Below, piece after piece: positions 37,701-51,526 of a stretch of 64,000 nucleotides of DNA. The DNA lies in NCBI GenBank assembly GCA_043228905.1, contig JBHGNT010000008.1:17856001-17920000 (forward strand), given 5' to 3'. The notes below the pieces were generated by a model, which did no database searches, had not been told where the DNA came from, and saw only the letters and a program-made list of their open reading frames with translations. Origin of the DNA: Azolla caroliniana. Lineage: Eukaryota; Plantae; Polypodiophyta. The first letter of the stretch is position 1, and every line of letters starts with the position of its first letter. The translations under genes and the position numbers were made by a program.

Positions 37701-39630
37701 TCTCTTCCTCATACTCCTTTAAATACACATTGTTTAACTCCCTCTAATAATACAAATAATGTTATCTTCTCCACTCCCTCTCCTAATCCTTCATTCCAAG
37801 TGTCATCACCAACTTCTCCACCAAACTCTCCACCTCCAAAGTATAGATCTCTAATTAGTATTTATGAACAACTTGATCAAATGGAAGCACATTTCGTGGA
37901 CTTGGACCATGAAGCTTATATTCAAGAAGAAGATATTCCAATCCTTAGTGATGACACAAATCTATCGGCCAAAGATGCACTTTCCGGATCAGATTCTATC
38001 AAATGGAGAAAGGCTATGGAAGAAGAAATGAAGGCTTTACTTAAAAATGGTACGTAGACCTTCGTTGAGCCTCCAAAAGATCGACAAATAATTGGTTCTA
38101 AATGGGTCTTACGCATAAAGCGAGATAGTAATGGCAATCCAATTCGCTTCAAGGCTCGTGTAGTTGCTCGAGGATTTTCGCGAGTACCAGGTATTGATTT
38201 TCAAGATACATTTAGTCCAACGCTAAAAATATGTGGTTTTTGAATGCTCGTTGCTCTTGCCGCACAACATGATCTAGAATTGCATCATTTGGATGTACAA
38301 ACGACTTTTCTTCATGGAGATTTAGATGAAGAACTTTATCTACAACAACCACAATTTTTTGAAGATCCAAGTCATTCGACACATGTTTGTTGACTTCGTA
38401 AATCTATTTACGGCCTTAAGCAATCTCCACGCATATGGTATCACAAACTACACTCTTTTCTTATAAAAGTTGGATATCATCGTCTAAACAATGAGCCAAA
38501 TATCTATGTTAGAAAAGCCAAATCCAATTTTGTTATCATAGGTGTCTATGTTGATGATTTGCCTTTGATCTCTAACTCTTAACTCTTATCTAGCTATTGC
38601 AAAGAAGGAACTTGCATATGTCTTTCCTATTACCGATTTAGGCCTTATGACCCATTTTCTAGGCATCAAAATAACTCAAAATAGAACAAATCATACTGTC
38701 TCATTATCACAATCAAATTATATTAATTCCATCCTCCAAAGATTTGATATGCTCCATAGTAAGCCTATTAATACTCCTCTTACCTCTCCATGTAAACTAT
38801 CAAATGATGATTCTCCCAAAAATGAACGAGAAATTTCCGAAATGAAGGATGTACCCTATAAGCAAATCCTTGGGTGTATAAGATATCTAGTAAGTTGCAC
38901 ACGTCCCGATATTTGCTTTGCCGCCGGTTTTCTTTCTCGTTTCATGGCTAATCCAGGACCAAAGCATTGGATCGCGCTCAAAAGATTACTACGATACTTG
39001 AAGCATACTCAACATTATGCGTTGACTTACTCCGCCACTCAATCCAAGTCAACCACACTTGTACCGTAGCATTATCATCCACCGAAGCTGAATATGTTGC
39101 CACGGTATGCTCGAAGAATTTAAACTATTTACTATTCCAACAGTGACTTTGTTTTGCGATAATCAATCTTGTATCAAGTTAGCCAACAATCCGAAGATGA
39201 GCAACAATATTCGTCATGTGGATTTGAAGCATCACTTTCTTCGTGATCTCATTGAAAAGAAGAAGATAGAGTTAAAGTTTGCTCTCACTCATCAAATGTG
39301 GGCCGATTTTCTAACAAAGCCTCTTCAACATTCTAAGCACATTATTTGTTGCAAGCAAGTTGGATTAATTGATGTAATTGAAGATAAAGATGAAAACCTA
39401 CACTTCTAAAAAAATTTGCTTAGGGGGGAGTGAGGAAAATAACAAGCAAAAATAAAATAAAATATATAAATATGTAGTTCTTATGAAATGGGTTTCCTTC
39501 GTGAGAAGGAGCCACCACGAACGTTGTATTCATTCTAAGGGCATTATAATAATAAAACGCTTTCTTTGTTTCCCTCATCTCTCTCTCTCTCTCTATTTCT
39601 TTCTATCTCTCTTTCTCTTCTTTCCCAGCA
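34760..39630 (+). mobile_element. Full-length short-LTR Copia element (Ale-like), decayed
   Basis: LTRs 34760-34997 and 39431-39630; TSD GTGTA; iMet PBS TGGTATCAGAGC at 34998-35009; PPT AGGGGGGAG; gag-PR(WYLDTGATNH)-INT(VHSDLCGP)-RT(YVDD)-RH. Confidence 0.95.
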
Positions 39631-39920
39631 GTGTAGTGGTAGTAGTACAAGTGCTTCGCCTTCCGACACAACATTTAGGGTTTTTGCAAACACTTGTTAC
39701 CATATGTACTTTGTTTGTTCCCAACACAGACACAGAGAGAGAACATACATAATGAATGATTTGACCATTTATAACGGAAGATTACGAAGTGATTAATGTG
39801 AGCACAATATATATATATTATTAAATCGAATTCATTCCAGCGGACAGATACATAGCTACATAGGTCGATGGTATAAAGATGATGAGGGTTATTTGCTATA
39901 CTATACTAGAGTACAGGTAT

Positions 39921-40658
39921 TCAAGCTGCGGTAGCCTTCTTCACGCTGGCGGTGAGGGCATCCACTTCGGACTGGCCGATGCCGAACGTATTCTGAAGCA
40001 CGGTGCCGGGCAGTGGTGGGTTGGCAGCAAAGAGGGCCACAGCAAGCTGAGACACCCCTGGATTCTGGCTGTTCAGGGCCGCGATGGCCAGCGCGCGATT
40101 CTTCTTGTCGGGGTTGATCTGAAAGTGGACGAGGCCGCGGGGGAAGACGAAGAGATCGCCTGCATACAACGTGGCCTGGAAGAGGGTGTTGTTGGGGGCG
40201 GTGGAGACAAAACCCACGGTGAGCGTGCCCTGCACCAGATAGAGCACCTCAGTAGCACGCGGGTGAACATGGGGTGGGTTTAGACCACCGTTGGGCGGGA
40301 AGTCGATGCGAGCGATGGACAGGCCCAGAGTGTTGAGACCGGCGAAGTTGGCTACAGACGCAAGGGTAACATTGGCCGCCTTACTGCCATTAGTATAAGA
40401 GGAATCATAAGTGGATGGTGAGGCTGCTCGCAGCAGTGTGGATGTGAAGTCCTGGGCTGTGACTTTGTCGGCTGGCTTGCAGGTGCGGCCATTGATGGTG
40501 ATGGGTGCAGCTGTATTGGCATCGGCCACGCAGAAATCTTGGAGCGGGTCCTCGTCCGCTGCGCCGACAAGCTGTCCAGGAGCTGTGATACATAAAGCGA
40601 CAACAAGGCTGAGGAGGATTAGCAATATAGTAGAAGAGGAGGCCAGGGAAGAAGCCAT
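39921..40658 (-). CDS. Germin-like protein (cupin_1), secreted, intronless
   Basis: Signal peptide; DPLQDFCVAD; GLNPPHVHPRATEV; GDLFVFPRGLVHFQ; upstream TATA at ~40803-40813. Confidence 0.95.
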   Translation of the reverse strand: MASSLASSSTILLILLSLVVALCITAPGQLVGAADEDPLQDFCVADANTAAPITINGRTCKPADKVTAQDFTSTLLRAASPSTYDSSYTNGSKAANVTLASVANFAGLNTLGLSIARIDFPPNGGLNPPHVHPRATEVLYLVQGTLTVGFVSTAPNNTLFQATLYAGDLFVFPRGLVHFQINPDKKNRALAIAALNSQNPGVSQLAVALFAANPPLPGTVLQNTFGIGQSEVDALTASVKKATAA

Positions 40659-41689
40659 GTCTAAGAAAAGGAATAATAGGAGGAGTGTGGTAACTGTTAT
40701 TATATGCTATATGCTCTAGGCTGTGCGATATTCGATTGCAGAGTTTGTGTGATTAGAGAGAGAGTAGGTATATTGTTTTGGATAGAGCTCCTGCATTTGC
40801 ATTTATTATATATAGACAGAGACAGACACTGCCGTGTATGTAGTCCGTAGACCAACGGCCACGCGCTGTTGATTTTTGGCTAAAGGATGGGGATGTACCA
40901 AACGTCGCGAGATGATGAAGAAAAAGTAAAAGCAATCGCGAAGGAAAAAGTAAAAGGAAGAAGTCGACATCTTCTCTCTTTTTTCTTCATGACGTCATTT
41001 TCTGACTCTTGCCTTGCTTCCAGATTAATACCGTAGAGTTTCTAGTATGTATGTATCCGAGAGAGGGGAGGGGGTGACCACTTGACCACCATAAACACGT
41101 TGATACTACCCAAAACTCTACACGTCATTGGTTTTGAAATCTTATTATCCCGCCAAACAAGTTCTATTGCATCAACGATCACACCCCACATGTAAGACAA
41201 GAGAAACTCTCATCAATTATTTTCTTCCATGTGTAGTTGCAATTATCGATGTGTGCGTTACAATGCTTTGGAGCACAAAGTATATTCTCATATGGCGTCC
41301 TATACATGCACAAATTGTCATATGTGTATTGTGTGTTGCAAGCTTATGATGATAGCTTGTTAAACGACACATGCCTGATTGATTAACACTCAATTAATAA
41401 CCATTCACCTCTACCCATGTGCTCGTTGTCAATGATGATTATAATCCTTTTGAGAAGAATGGAGTTGCTTGAAGATACATATATGGAATGTCTCAAGTCG
41501 TTTCGCCCCAACCCCTATGGAACTGTTCGTCTCTCTATATTTAGCTTTAGAGATTCTTGCAACTCGTTTACATAAATCAACTCGTCTCTTTTGCGTTTAC
41601 ATTGAAATTTGTAAAATATTTGTTTGGAAAAGTTTCATAGATGCTTCCTCATTGATACCACTATGGCCATGTGGTTGAATTAATGCTAC

Positions 41690-42010
41690 TGGTTTGTCCT
41701 TTTCCTTGGGAGTTCATCTTGGTTCAGCTTTGAGCTCTTTATCTTTTGTGTGAATGCTAACCAAGTTCATCCAAGATGATGGTAATGTTCCCATCAAGAT
41801 CTCACACTAGGAGATTTCATCTATGTTCTTGCTTGTTGTGGTAGTTGCATCTAGTTGTTTGTACCATTTGTTGATAAATGCATCAAGTTGTTCTTTGTCA
41901 TGAATTTCCAAGTTCATAAGAGTTCTTTAGGAGAATATGTTTGTTATTCCATTAGAGGGTTAGTGGAATTTTTGTGGATTCTCACACATTGCTTGAACGG
42001 TCTCCAAAGC
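41690..42010 (-). pseudogene. Highly decayed Copia gag fragment
   Basis: Manual translation TLMNLEIHDKEQLDAFINKWYKQLD...ILMGTLPSSW resembles the gag in ORF 35386 (LVNYKMNDKQLVGEF...LLGALPHSW). Confidence 0.6.
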
Positions 42011-42829
42011 TCAAACATGATCAACATCGATGTATAGTCGTGGGTGTGGGGGTAAGTCATGTACTTTGTATAGTGGTAGGTGTGTGTGAGAAGAGGGAAA
42101 AATTACATTTATTTGAACGGGAAAAGCAAAGTTAACGATGAGAAGATGAGGAGACCGAGATAGTAGGTATCATTATTTGCAAGTGTGAACTAGTTTTCGA
42201 AGTTGAAGGAGATGAAGAGGAAAAAGTCATGAACAAGTTTTGTTCTTGTGAAGAGAAAGAAGAGGGAGAATGTGATGAACAATAACTTTTCATATCAATG
42301 TGGGATTTTGAAGGCTATAGTTTGTTAAAGAGTTGTATGCGATGGTTGACGATATGATTGTGTGGCAAGAGTTCCAGTTCACATCGTTTGATTGTTCTTC
42401 AAAGACATCGGTTGTAGAGCATTGTGACTACTCAAAGCTATGCAACCTTCTATATGAGGGCTCAACTTTCATCATTTCTAGGATTCATCCAAAGAACTTT
42501 GTTGTTTCTTTGTGTTAGGTTTCAGAAATTGAGTATTAGATGTAGTACACGAACTTTAGGTTTGATCTAATATTGTGATGGTTTGTTTTTTTGAAAGTTT
42601 TAGTTGTTGCATTAGTTTTTCGTGTGTCCTGGAGGGAGTCGTAAGTTATAGTCAAGTCGTGGTTACATATTACATGTTGTCACCGTTCATTTGTTCTGAA
42701 GTTGGGTACATTTTTCCGATTGCATTTTCTTGTTATATGTGGTTTATTAAGTTTATTGAGATTTACATTTTGATTTGAAATTTGTGTAGTGAAGAAGTTA
42801 GTCTAGGAATTCTACAAAGAGCTGAAGGC

Positions 42830-45005
42830 GCTTGGTATGCCTTCATCGTTGTCACCCATTTTCTTTGAGTGAGGTGGTTTTTGCAATTATACGTATTGTA
42901 TGCAGATACCCATTATCCTAAAATCAATTAATATTCGTAAAACATAGATACCCATTCTCTAAACACAATGAAGAATTCCTCAAGAGCCTTGTATGATGAT
43001 GTTGTTGGGCATGATTACTCTACTTCTTCCCACGCAGGCAGGGTCAACTTTTTCATCATCAGCTCTTGTATTTTCATGTAAACCCTATGGCTAAAAAACT
43101 AAAGAAAGTAAGGTTAGAATAAAGAGTAAACCAACAAAGCAATCCAATGAACAACAATCATCAGATGGATTACTCACTTTTGAAACTCTGTCATGATTTT
43201 GAACTCCTTGGCGGCCACTCTTGAAAATACAAATATTAATAATCTATCATCCTATATCCCTTGCAATGACCGCCAAGGAAGCATCTTCATGTCCCCGGCT
43301 AATTCTTCAATCACTAAGCCACTTTTCCATGACTTAGACTTTATCTCCACTTGTGGGTCCAACTTAGCCTTCTTTGATCTTTGACACTTTATTTCTTTTC
43401 GCTCCCACATACTAAAAATTCAATCTTGGAGGTTCCACACCTCCCTTATTCTGAAAGCAAGTTGAAACCAAGAGTCATACTTTCTCAAGCCTTCAGACTT
43501 TGTGCTTTCATGAACTGTTATCCCCACTTCAAGCAGACACTATCGTCGTAATCCAGGATGCAGCCTAGGACCAAATTTTTGCAAGGCATCAAGGTACTCG
43601 TGATGAAAGAACCTGATGCGCTCTATACATGACATCTCCTGTCTATAGCCATTATCGTTATTGTGGTCCCAGGCTAGCAACTTGGCTTCTTCATGTGTAA
43701 GGCCTGTGTACACTTTACATTCTGCATATTTGAAGAACGGAGTAAGAGGATACTCCTTGACAAGTTGATGTCGTGCTTCGGTTGAGTGGGATCTTCCAAT
43801 CACGTAGTATGCGTAATCATCAACTGAACTATACTTGAGGTCAGCTATAGTTGGGCACTGATCGGAGTCGACCATTACTAAGAATGGCACTATAGTAGCA
43901 TGTCGATTTATCTTCATTTTGCTTTTTCAAGTTCTGCAACTGAATGTGGCTCTCTTATCTCTAGAGCCCATCTTCTTGTTTCTGGATCAATTAGTGGCCT
44001 TTGAATAGAACAAATCAGTAAGTGAAATAGTTGTCCCTTACGGACAACCTTAGTCTTTACAATATTCTCTGTGATCCGATTTTACTCTGAAGTGAGGATC
44101 CCTGAGGAAATCTAGCCACCTGGAGGAATTACTTCGAGCTGTGTATCTTCCTCCTCATCTTCAACAAAGTCAAGTTCTGCAACTAAATGTGGCTCTCTAG
44201 AGCCCGTCTTCTTGTTTCTGGATCAATTAGTGGCCTTTGAATAGAACAAATCGGTAAGTGAAATAGTTGTCCCTTACGGACAACCTTAGTCTTTACAATA
44301 TTCTCTGTGATCCGATTTTACTCTGAAGTGAAGATCCCCGAGGAAATCTAGCCACTTGGAGGAATTACTTCGAGTCGTGTGTCTTCCTCCTCATCTTCAA
44401 GAAAGTCGAGTACTTTGGGTTCGTCCTCCTTAGGATGCTGTAGTTTCTTGTACTTTTTACGTTCTGCTTTTCCGTTTTGGTCGACTTCGGTGGGGTGCAT
44501 GATTGTGCAACCATGAGTTCTCCTTTGATATACAGATGCAAAGCAACAATCAAATTGTTTTTTGTTTCTACATCTTTCTTTAAGGCTTTGGGGTGGCAGG
44601 AGTTCGTTATTAAATTGCCTTCATCAATCAGGACTCTACACATCCGCACCGAGCTATCAACATCGAAAAGTAGGTTTGATGAGTCATTGTCCTCATATTC
44701 AACGTTCTTTATGTGGCCATAGTTGAAGGTCTTTCCCACTTGAAGTTTCCTTCACCTTCGGATTTTGCAAGTATGAGGAGCAAATTCCCTCCCCTGGAAT
44801 AGATCAACGTCCATTCCACATGGGGGTAGCTCTTGAGGCGAGGCTCCCCAATCTTAGAGGTCCCATCACCTCCCGACTCAATCAAAGTTTTCCGAGATTC
44901 TAGCTTATCCATGTGCTCTGCAGGTTTTTTCGTTGGGGAGGGAATCTTCAATTTGAAAGATGGTACCTTATAACACGATTCACTGAAAACAACAAGTAAA
45001 ACCAC
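42830..45005 (-). pseudogene. Spliced pseudogene with a ParB/Srx-like domain (probable DNA-transposon accessory gene)
   Basis: IREPH..VQNLKK.MKIN..PFLV...YYVIGRSHSTEA...VYTGLTHEEAKLLAWDHN; reading frame continues through stops to a GTGAG donor at ~43177; ~240-bp internal tandem duplication at 43927-44410. Confidence 0.55.
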
Positions 45006-45029
45006 AATGATATAAAACTATTTGTAAAA

Positions 45030-45080
45030 ATAGGGTTTAGGGTTTAGGGTGGGGGGAGAAGAGGCATTTCCTTTATATAA
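45030..45080 (-). promoter_or_regulatory. TATA box plus telo-box upstream of the ParB-like gene
   Basis: TATATAAAGG (-) at ~45070-45079, followed by (ACCCTAA)x3 at 45031-45050. Confidence 0.5.
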
Positions 45081-45439
45081 TTTTTTTAAGTATTATTTTT
45101 TTAAAATTTTAAATTATTTTTGTTTAAATTTTAAATTTGAATTATTATAGAAGAAAATTTTGAGCTATTTTCAACTTAGTTGAGCTTAGTTAGCCTTAGT
45201 CGAGATGTCCTCAACCTCGAGTAAAGGTTCTCTATTCTCCATTGAGCCTTTTAAATTATCAAATAACTCGTTATTCTCTATCGACGAATATAACCATATA
45301 AATAATAAATGATGGCATGTAGAGTCCAACGATGATGTTGGCAAAGTTCGAATTCACTTTTTTCGATCGAGCCTTTTAACTTAGGTAGTTACAAATCATG
45401 AGGAACCTAGTTTATGTAATGTTGACGAGGATTGTGTCA

Positions 45440-46310
45440 ATAAGCCTCTGAATTTTCAAAGAGTTTCTCAACAAGTGAGTGTTTTTTGTGCTCGGATCGC
45501 CAAATTGCATTTGATATATGCAAGCCATGTTGTGGGAATCTTTGTCTTTCAAATTTTGGCAAGGCAAACTTGAGGGGGTTGTGGCAGAAGTATTTGTCAC
45601 TTAATGGCGACGAACAAGATACTTTCTTGATTTCACATATGCAATTTGTTAAGGACCACGCAGTAGTTTCAAGTTCTCTGCATGTGGAATATTACCTTTC
45701 ACTTAATATTAAGAGTTGTCGAGTAGCTTTTAAGATTTCTTATAGCATTGGTAACATGACGCTCCAGAGAATTCAACATCGATTAGATAAGGGCTTGTGG
45801 GTACCTTTCAAGAATACAAAATCTGCATGTAAGGGTCTGATTTGGCGGCATGTCGTGAGATGGATGGAGATATATTTCTCGAAGCAATGTGATGTTATGC
45901 CCAACACTAGAAGATGACATTTGTCAGATAACTTCACTCGTCGTGAGGTGTGCCAAGTGTATAAGGATGAAATATTATTAGAAAGTGTACCTTACATACA
46001 ATATCAACATTTTAATCAATTATGGAGATTGAAGTTTAACAATTTGATCATACCCCGAAAGGTTCGGATGGGTGTTTGCTCTATATGTGCAAGCTTAAAA
46101 AGCATGGAAAAGAGTGGGACAACAGATGAAGAAATAAACACTTCTATGAATTTATTCAAAGAACATCGAGAAAGTCAATCGTTGGAAAGATCTAAAGCTA
46201 TGCACCATCATCAAAAAGTAGTTCAATCATCGGAGAGGTATATGTGGATGATTATAGATGGGATGGATCAAAAGAAAACTTGTTAGCCACACTTTCGAAG
46301 GTTGCCCAAG
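45440..46310 (+). pseudogene. DNA transposase-like fragment (DGMDQ motif; Sola-like / DUF7869-type), 3' truncated
   Basis: FNQLW...IPRKVRMGVCSIC...EHRE..ER...IIDGMDQKKTC*PHF. Confidence 0.65.
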
Positions 46311-48565
46311 GCTATGGAGATGAAAACTTGTTTTACCTTTGTTTTTGGCCTCCTTGTTGGCCATCATTACTTCGTATGCGCTAGCTCCGACTCTCATCTC
46401 TTCGCCGCCACCTTCCATATCTCCGGTCTTATGTTGGCTCTCAGGCACAACTGTCGAAGTCTCAGAAACAATTGTGGGGAGAACCTTGGCACCATCGATC
46501 ACCATCTTCTAATTCATAGCCATCTTTCCGTCAACGTTGTTATTCACATTGGCTTCAATCTTTGCTTCCCCACCACTTTCCGTCTCTTGGGTCTCATGTT
46601 GCCTCTCAGACACAACTGCCCAAGTCTCTAGATCAAGTGTTGGGAAAGTCTCGACACGACCATCCGCCATCGACTCGTCCATAGCCATCTTTGTCTTGAT
46701 GTCGTTTCTCGTGGCTACCTCCTCAATTACGTCGACCTCACACTCTTTATCTCCCTCGATCACGCAAGCTTTGCTCACGCTTGCCCCTTCATCACTTGAT
46801 ATTTCGGACACAATGTGTGTTCCGAAATGCTTGTCCACTCTTAGAGTGGCATTTCCCGCTCTCGAGTCTTCGGCCTTATCCTTGACCCTTGTTTCTCTGC
46901 AATATGAGAAGGTGACTTGTTTTGCACCTTTTCTCTTGGTATTGTCATAAAAAACTTGAGCCTTTGTATCGGCCACTTCATTAACCCATATTTGTTGGGA
47001 GGTTTCTTTTTCCTCGATCATTGTTCTCCTCGGTTTTCACTCCATTTTTAGCTCCTCTTCAGCATCACCTTGCACCTTTAAGTTCTTGAATGCTTCTCTC
47101 ATTAAGGCTTCTATGTTAAGTATCGAATCTTCCCTCTCTGAGTTTTCTTCCTTCGGTGGTGGTGTATTGCATCCCGTTCTCCTTTGAACATCCTTCATGG
47201 GTCCTGTTGTTGTCGATGAGAATCTCGTCTTCCTCTCGTCGTGTTGTCGGCATACCCTTTCCACTTTGGCCCAATCCTTGATGAGACCATTTGTACCATT
47301 GTTATCCTTGAGTTGGATTCCAATGGCCTTCCTTTCATTCCGATTGATTGACTTTACAAATAGTAGAACTTTATTCACCCCTACCAATCTTCGATCCCGC
47401 TCTGAGAGTTGAGCAAAGCGACACTCAAACTCAACGAACGCATCCATGGCACTCCAGTGGGTCCTCATCAATGACACCCATTGGTCAAACTTGTACAAAC
47501 TTTGTCCCTTCGGTCTCTTGTAGCCATATGCCTCCAATAGAGCCTCCTTGAAAGTCACCCACGAATCATGAACTTCTTGAAGCTCTTTTACCTCTTTGTA
47601 ATTCAGTTCAGCCACCACCCAAAAAAAGTACTCCAGCCTCATAGCTTCTTTTACACCTCTCGAATCCATGTCCACGTTGTAGGTGTCTAGAAAATTTTGG
47701 ACTATGCCCCCGTCGAAATAGCCGACTCGCTCGACCACGTTTTCGACGGCTTGTTGGGCCGCATCTCGTCTTTTACCTTCTCTTGAAAATTCCATCGTCA
47801 TCTTCAACATTGCCTTCATGAGATATTCCTCATCCATCTTCATCCTCCACTACTGCTCTTCACATCGGGTTCACCAAAAGATGTCGTGAGGATGCGCGTG
47901 CATGCATGCTTCGCTTGAGTGGGACCACCAGGATCTCGGATCGGAGAGGACGTTCGCGAACTTGTCAAAAAGATTTGACGACGTGGATAGGAGTCGAGGA
48001 AACCAATGTCACATTTTCAAAAGATCGAAAGATTGACAATTATAAGAAGTATAATAATATTGATCGACAGTAAAAGAAGAAGAAAAATAAGAAGGTTATT
48101 TATAAGAAGAATTTTATATTGATGGTGATATCAGATATTGAGCCCCCCCCTTTACACAAGCCGTACTAGGGGTTTTATAGGTTTGTCCATGCACAAAACC
48201 CTGGACTTGGAGCTATGGTTTCTGTGCACACAATTTTGCTTTGTGACATGCAGAAAACCATGGGCTTAAAACAATGGTTTTGTGTACACGGTTTTGTACG
48301 TTTGTTTCCTATGGAATACTGAATATGAGAAAGAAATATAGAAAATATAAAGCACTTAGTAGTAGCTTTAGTGGTAAGGTAATTGCCTCTTATCTTAGAG
48401 GTGCAAGGTTCAAATCCTACTTGCAGCCCTCTACATGCACTCAATGCCATTGTGACCTAGGTTTATTTATTACTGATTTATTTTCATTTTTACAAGTATT
48501 CGTGAAATGTGTGTGGATCCTCAATTTTTGACTTTTTCTCGCACTAGACATGCCACATCACAACA
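46310..48565 (-). mobile_element. Trp-primed Gypsy element G: 5' LTR 47882-48565, PBS 47859-47876, gag 47037-47843; truncated
   Basis: TGTTGTGA...TCACGACA termini; PBS TGGTGAACCCGATGTGAA; gag similar to B; flank CCGT. Confidence 0.82.
48355..48425 (+). other. tRNA-like module in the G LTR (antisense)
   Basis: TAGCTTTAGTGGTAAG...GGTTCAAATCC. Confidence 0.72.
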
Positions 48566-49525
48566 CCGTTATCCTCCGTGTAGATCTTCGTCAGCACAAA
48601 CTCTTGATCTTCTACTCTCTCCCGAATCCAGTGGTACCTCTGCTGCATTTGTTTCGTCCGGAATGGTAGGCCGCGTTCTTTGCAAGGTGGATGACACTTG
48701 GACTGTCGTAGTAGAGCTGGTATTCCGCTTGTTGGATCCCTACCTCTCCGATGAAGTCCTTCATCCAGATTATCTCCTTGCCGCCTTCCACAACTACCAT
48801 GTACTCCGCCTCCGTGGTTGACAACGCAACTATCTTGTGCAGCCTTGACTGCCACGAAACAACTCCCCCTGCATAAGTCATGACATATCCGGAAGTAGAC
48901 CGGCTGGTATCCGCATTAGCCGACATATCCGAATCTGTGAATCCGTCAACTTGGGCATTACCGGAGCCGAACCGGAGGCACATATGCAAGGTGCCTTTCA
49001 GATACTGGAGTATCCACTTGACTGCGTTCTAGTGCTCTCTTCCGGGATTGCTCATGAACCGGCTTACTACTCCGACGACATATCCGATAACCGGTCGGGT
49101 ACATACTATCGTGTACATCAAGCTTCCGACGGCAGAGACATATGGTATCTTCATCATATCTGTCTTCTCTGCCTTTGTACTCGGGCTTGGTTTTCCGGAT
49201 AGCTTGCAGTTTTGCGGAAGTGTCAATCCGATTGGTTTTGCCTTCGACACGTTGAACCGTTGAAGCACCTTTGTCACGTACTTCTCTTGTGACAACCACA
49301 ACAACTTCTTGAACCAGTCCCAGATGATGTGCATTCCCAATATCTTTCTTGCCAGACCCAAGTCTTTCATTGAGAATGTCCGGCTCCAAGGCTTCTTCAG
49401 CATCCGAATCTTGCCTTGGTCTCCTCCGACGATCAACATATTATCCACATATAGGAGAAGTATCAGGAAATCTTCTCAATCAAATTTCTTCACAAACACA
49501 TAGTGATCGGCCTTCGTCTTGTGGT
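48566..49525 (-). mobile_element. Copia RT/RNase H fragment
   Basis: YVDNML, MKDLGLARKILG, SAVGSLMY, VALSTTEAEY. Confidence 0.9.
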
Positions 49526-50962
49526 AATGGTTTATATTTTTCCTTTTTGACCTTCTATGGTATAAAATATGATCGGTGGTAATATAGTGTATGTTGTGTC
49601 TCGTTACTAAATGTGTGTATTCTGTGGCCTTGGATTCAAACTTGAGTTTATGGATGCTATCATTACACCATGCTTGCACACATATAATTTGTTATGCGCT
49701 AATTACCATTTTAAGAAAGAAAATATGTGTTTGAACTATGAAAGTATAGTTGGAGCCGAATGATACTTAGCTTGGGGTTTGAAAGTACACTCCTATGGTA
49801 TGGGATAGGAATGGTGCGGAAGACTGCTCGGCCACAACCGAGTCTTGAATCACTTCGATAAGAGTACAACATAGGAATGGGAATAGACGTACACTGAAAG
49901 AGAGTACACAGGATGTTTACGTGGAAAACCCTAATAGGGAAAAACCACGAGAGCCCACAGACTCCGAACTATCACTATGAAGAGAAGGGGTACAATCAGA
50001 GACTCGTAGGCAATGACCTCGAGCTCGGTTTCTTCGCCAGGCGGCAGTTACAACAGAGTATCGTTCTATATCTCTCTCTCCCTCTCTGCCACTCTCTTCT
50101 ATACAACAGTTACAACAACAATAACAACCACACAATCCAAAGTGATTGCCCTAAGTCATATTTATACTTATATGAACTTAGGGCTATTTACAAATATAGC
50201 CTCAATAGGCTTACTCAAAAAAAACATATTTACAGATATGTCTTATCTTCCAGTTCTCACCAGGTCTCCTTTGATTTCTGGATCTCTTCTTGTTCTCACT
50301 GGGTCTCCTCCGGTTTCCGGATCTCTTCCGGTTCCTACCGGATCCCATCTAGAGAGACCGATTTCCCAACAATCTCCCCCTTCACTCCGGCATGGGATGT
50401 CTTGTCAGCCCGATCCACTTTCGACACGCGTCCAGCTTGCCGGTCGTCAACACCTCGGTCAGCATATCCGACCTGTTCTCCTCTGTGTGGATCTTCATCA
50501 GCATAAACTCTCGATCTTCTAGTCTCTCTCGATCCAGTGGTACCTCCGTTGGATATGTTTTGTTTGGGAATGGTAGATTGCATTCTTTGCAAGGTGGATA
50601 GCACTTTGACTGTCGCAGTAGAGCCGATATTCCTCCTATTGGATCCCTAGCTCTCCGATGAAATCCTTCATCCAGATTATCTCCTTGTCAGCTTCTACCG
50701 CTGCCATGTACTCCGCCTTTGTGGTTGACAACGCAACCGTCTTGTGCAGCCTCGACTGCCATGATACAACTCCCCCTGCATAAGTAATGACATATCCGGA
50801 TGTAGACCGGCTACTATTTGCATCAGCCGACATGAAGCCCTCAAGTTGGGGATTACCGGAGCCGAACCGAAGACACATACTCGAGGTGCCTTTTGAATAC
50901 CGGAGTATCCACTTGACCGTGTTCCAGTGCTCTCTTCTAGGATTGCTCATGAATCGGTTCAC

Positions 50963-51231
50963 TGAAAGGAAATATGCAGAATATTGCTTGGCCACAACCG
51001 AGTCTTTGAATCAACCACAGAAAAAGTTGGAGTAAGAAGAAATGTACGTATACACACAGAGCTAGAGCAAGAGAATGTACATAGAGTGTTTACGTGGAAA
51101 ACCCTAAACGGGAAAAACCACGGGAGTCCACCAACTCCAACTCTCACTATGCAAGGAGAATACAACAGGGGAACATAGAGGCAATGACCTTGTGCTCACA
51201 ATCTTTACCTCGCGGGGGTTACAAAAGAGGC

Positions 51232-51289
<58 letters not shown>

Positions 51290-51526
51290 TCCTCTGTCAC
51301 GCTCTGTACCATAATTATACCAATAACACTATATAAAATAATGACAACAACCCTTTTTAAACATAGTTTGCCCTAGGTCATATTTATACTAATATGACTT
51401 TCGGGCTATTTACAAATATAGCCCCAGGGGGCTCTCTGGAACATATTTACATATATGTCCCTTCATCCGGTAAGAGTTTCTCACCGGGCCTTCATCATCC
51501 CATCCGGAGGGACCGAAATCCTAACA
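50963..51526 (-). mobile_element. Copia solo LTR inside the RT/RH of H
   Basis: TG...CA; TSD TTCAC/CTCAC; splits VGVVS|RFMSNP; contains a (CT)n tract at 51235-51282. Confidence 0.85.

Larger units (their letters stand above)
33928..41483. repeat. Segmental duplication copy 1 (GLP gene plus flanks); copy 2 at 61539-64000
   Basis: 33928-34668 aligns to 61539-62093 and 39690-41483 aligns to 62122-64000; the Copia insertion is only in copy 1. Confidence 0.92.

Noticed and set aside
39879-40283. Plus-strand ORF (and its paralog 62036-62731)
   Set aside because: Antisense shadow of the GC-rich GLP coding sequence
45031-45050. Interstitial telomere or chromosome fusion scar (also 5446-5465)
   Set aside because: Only about three units, located just downstream of TATA boxes; fits telo-box promoter elements
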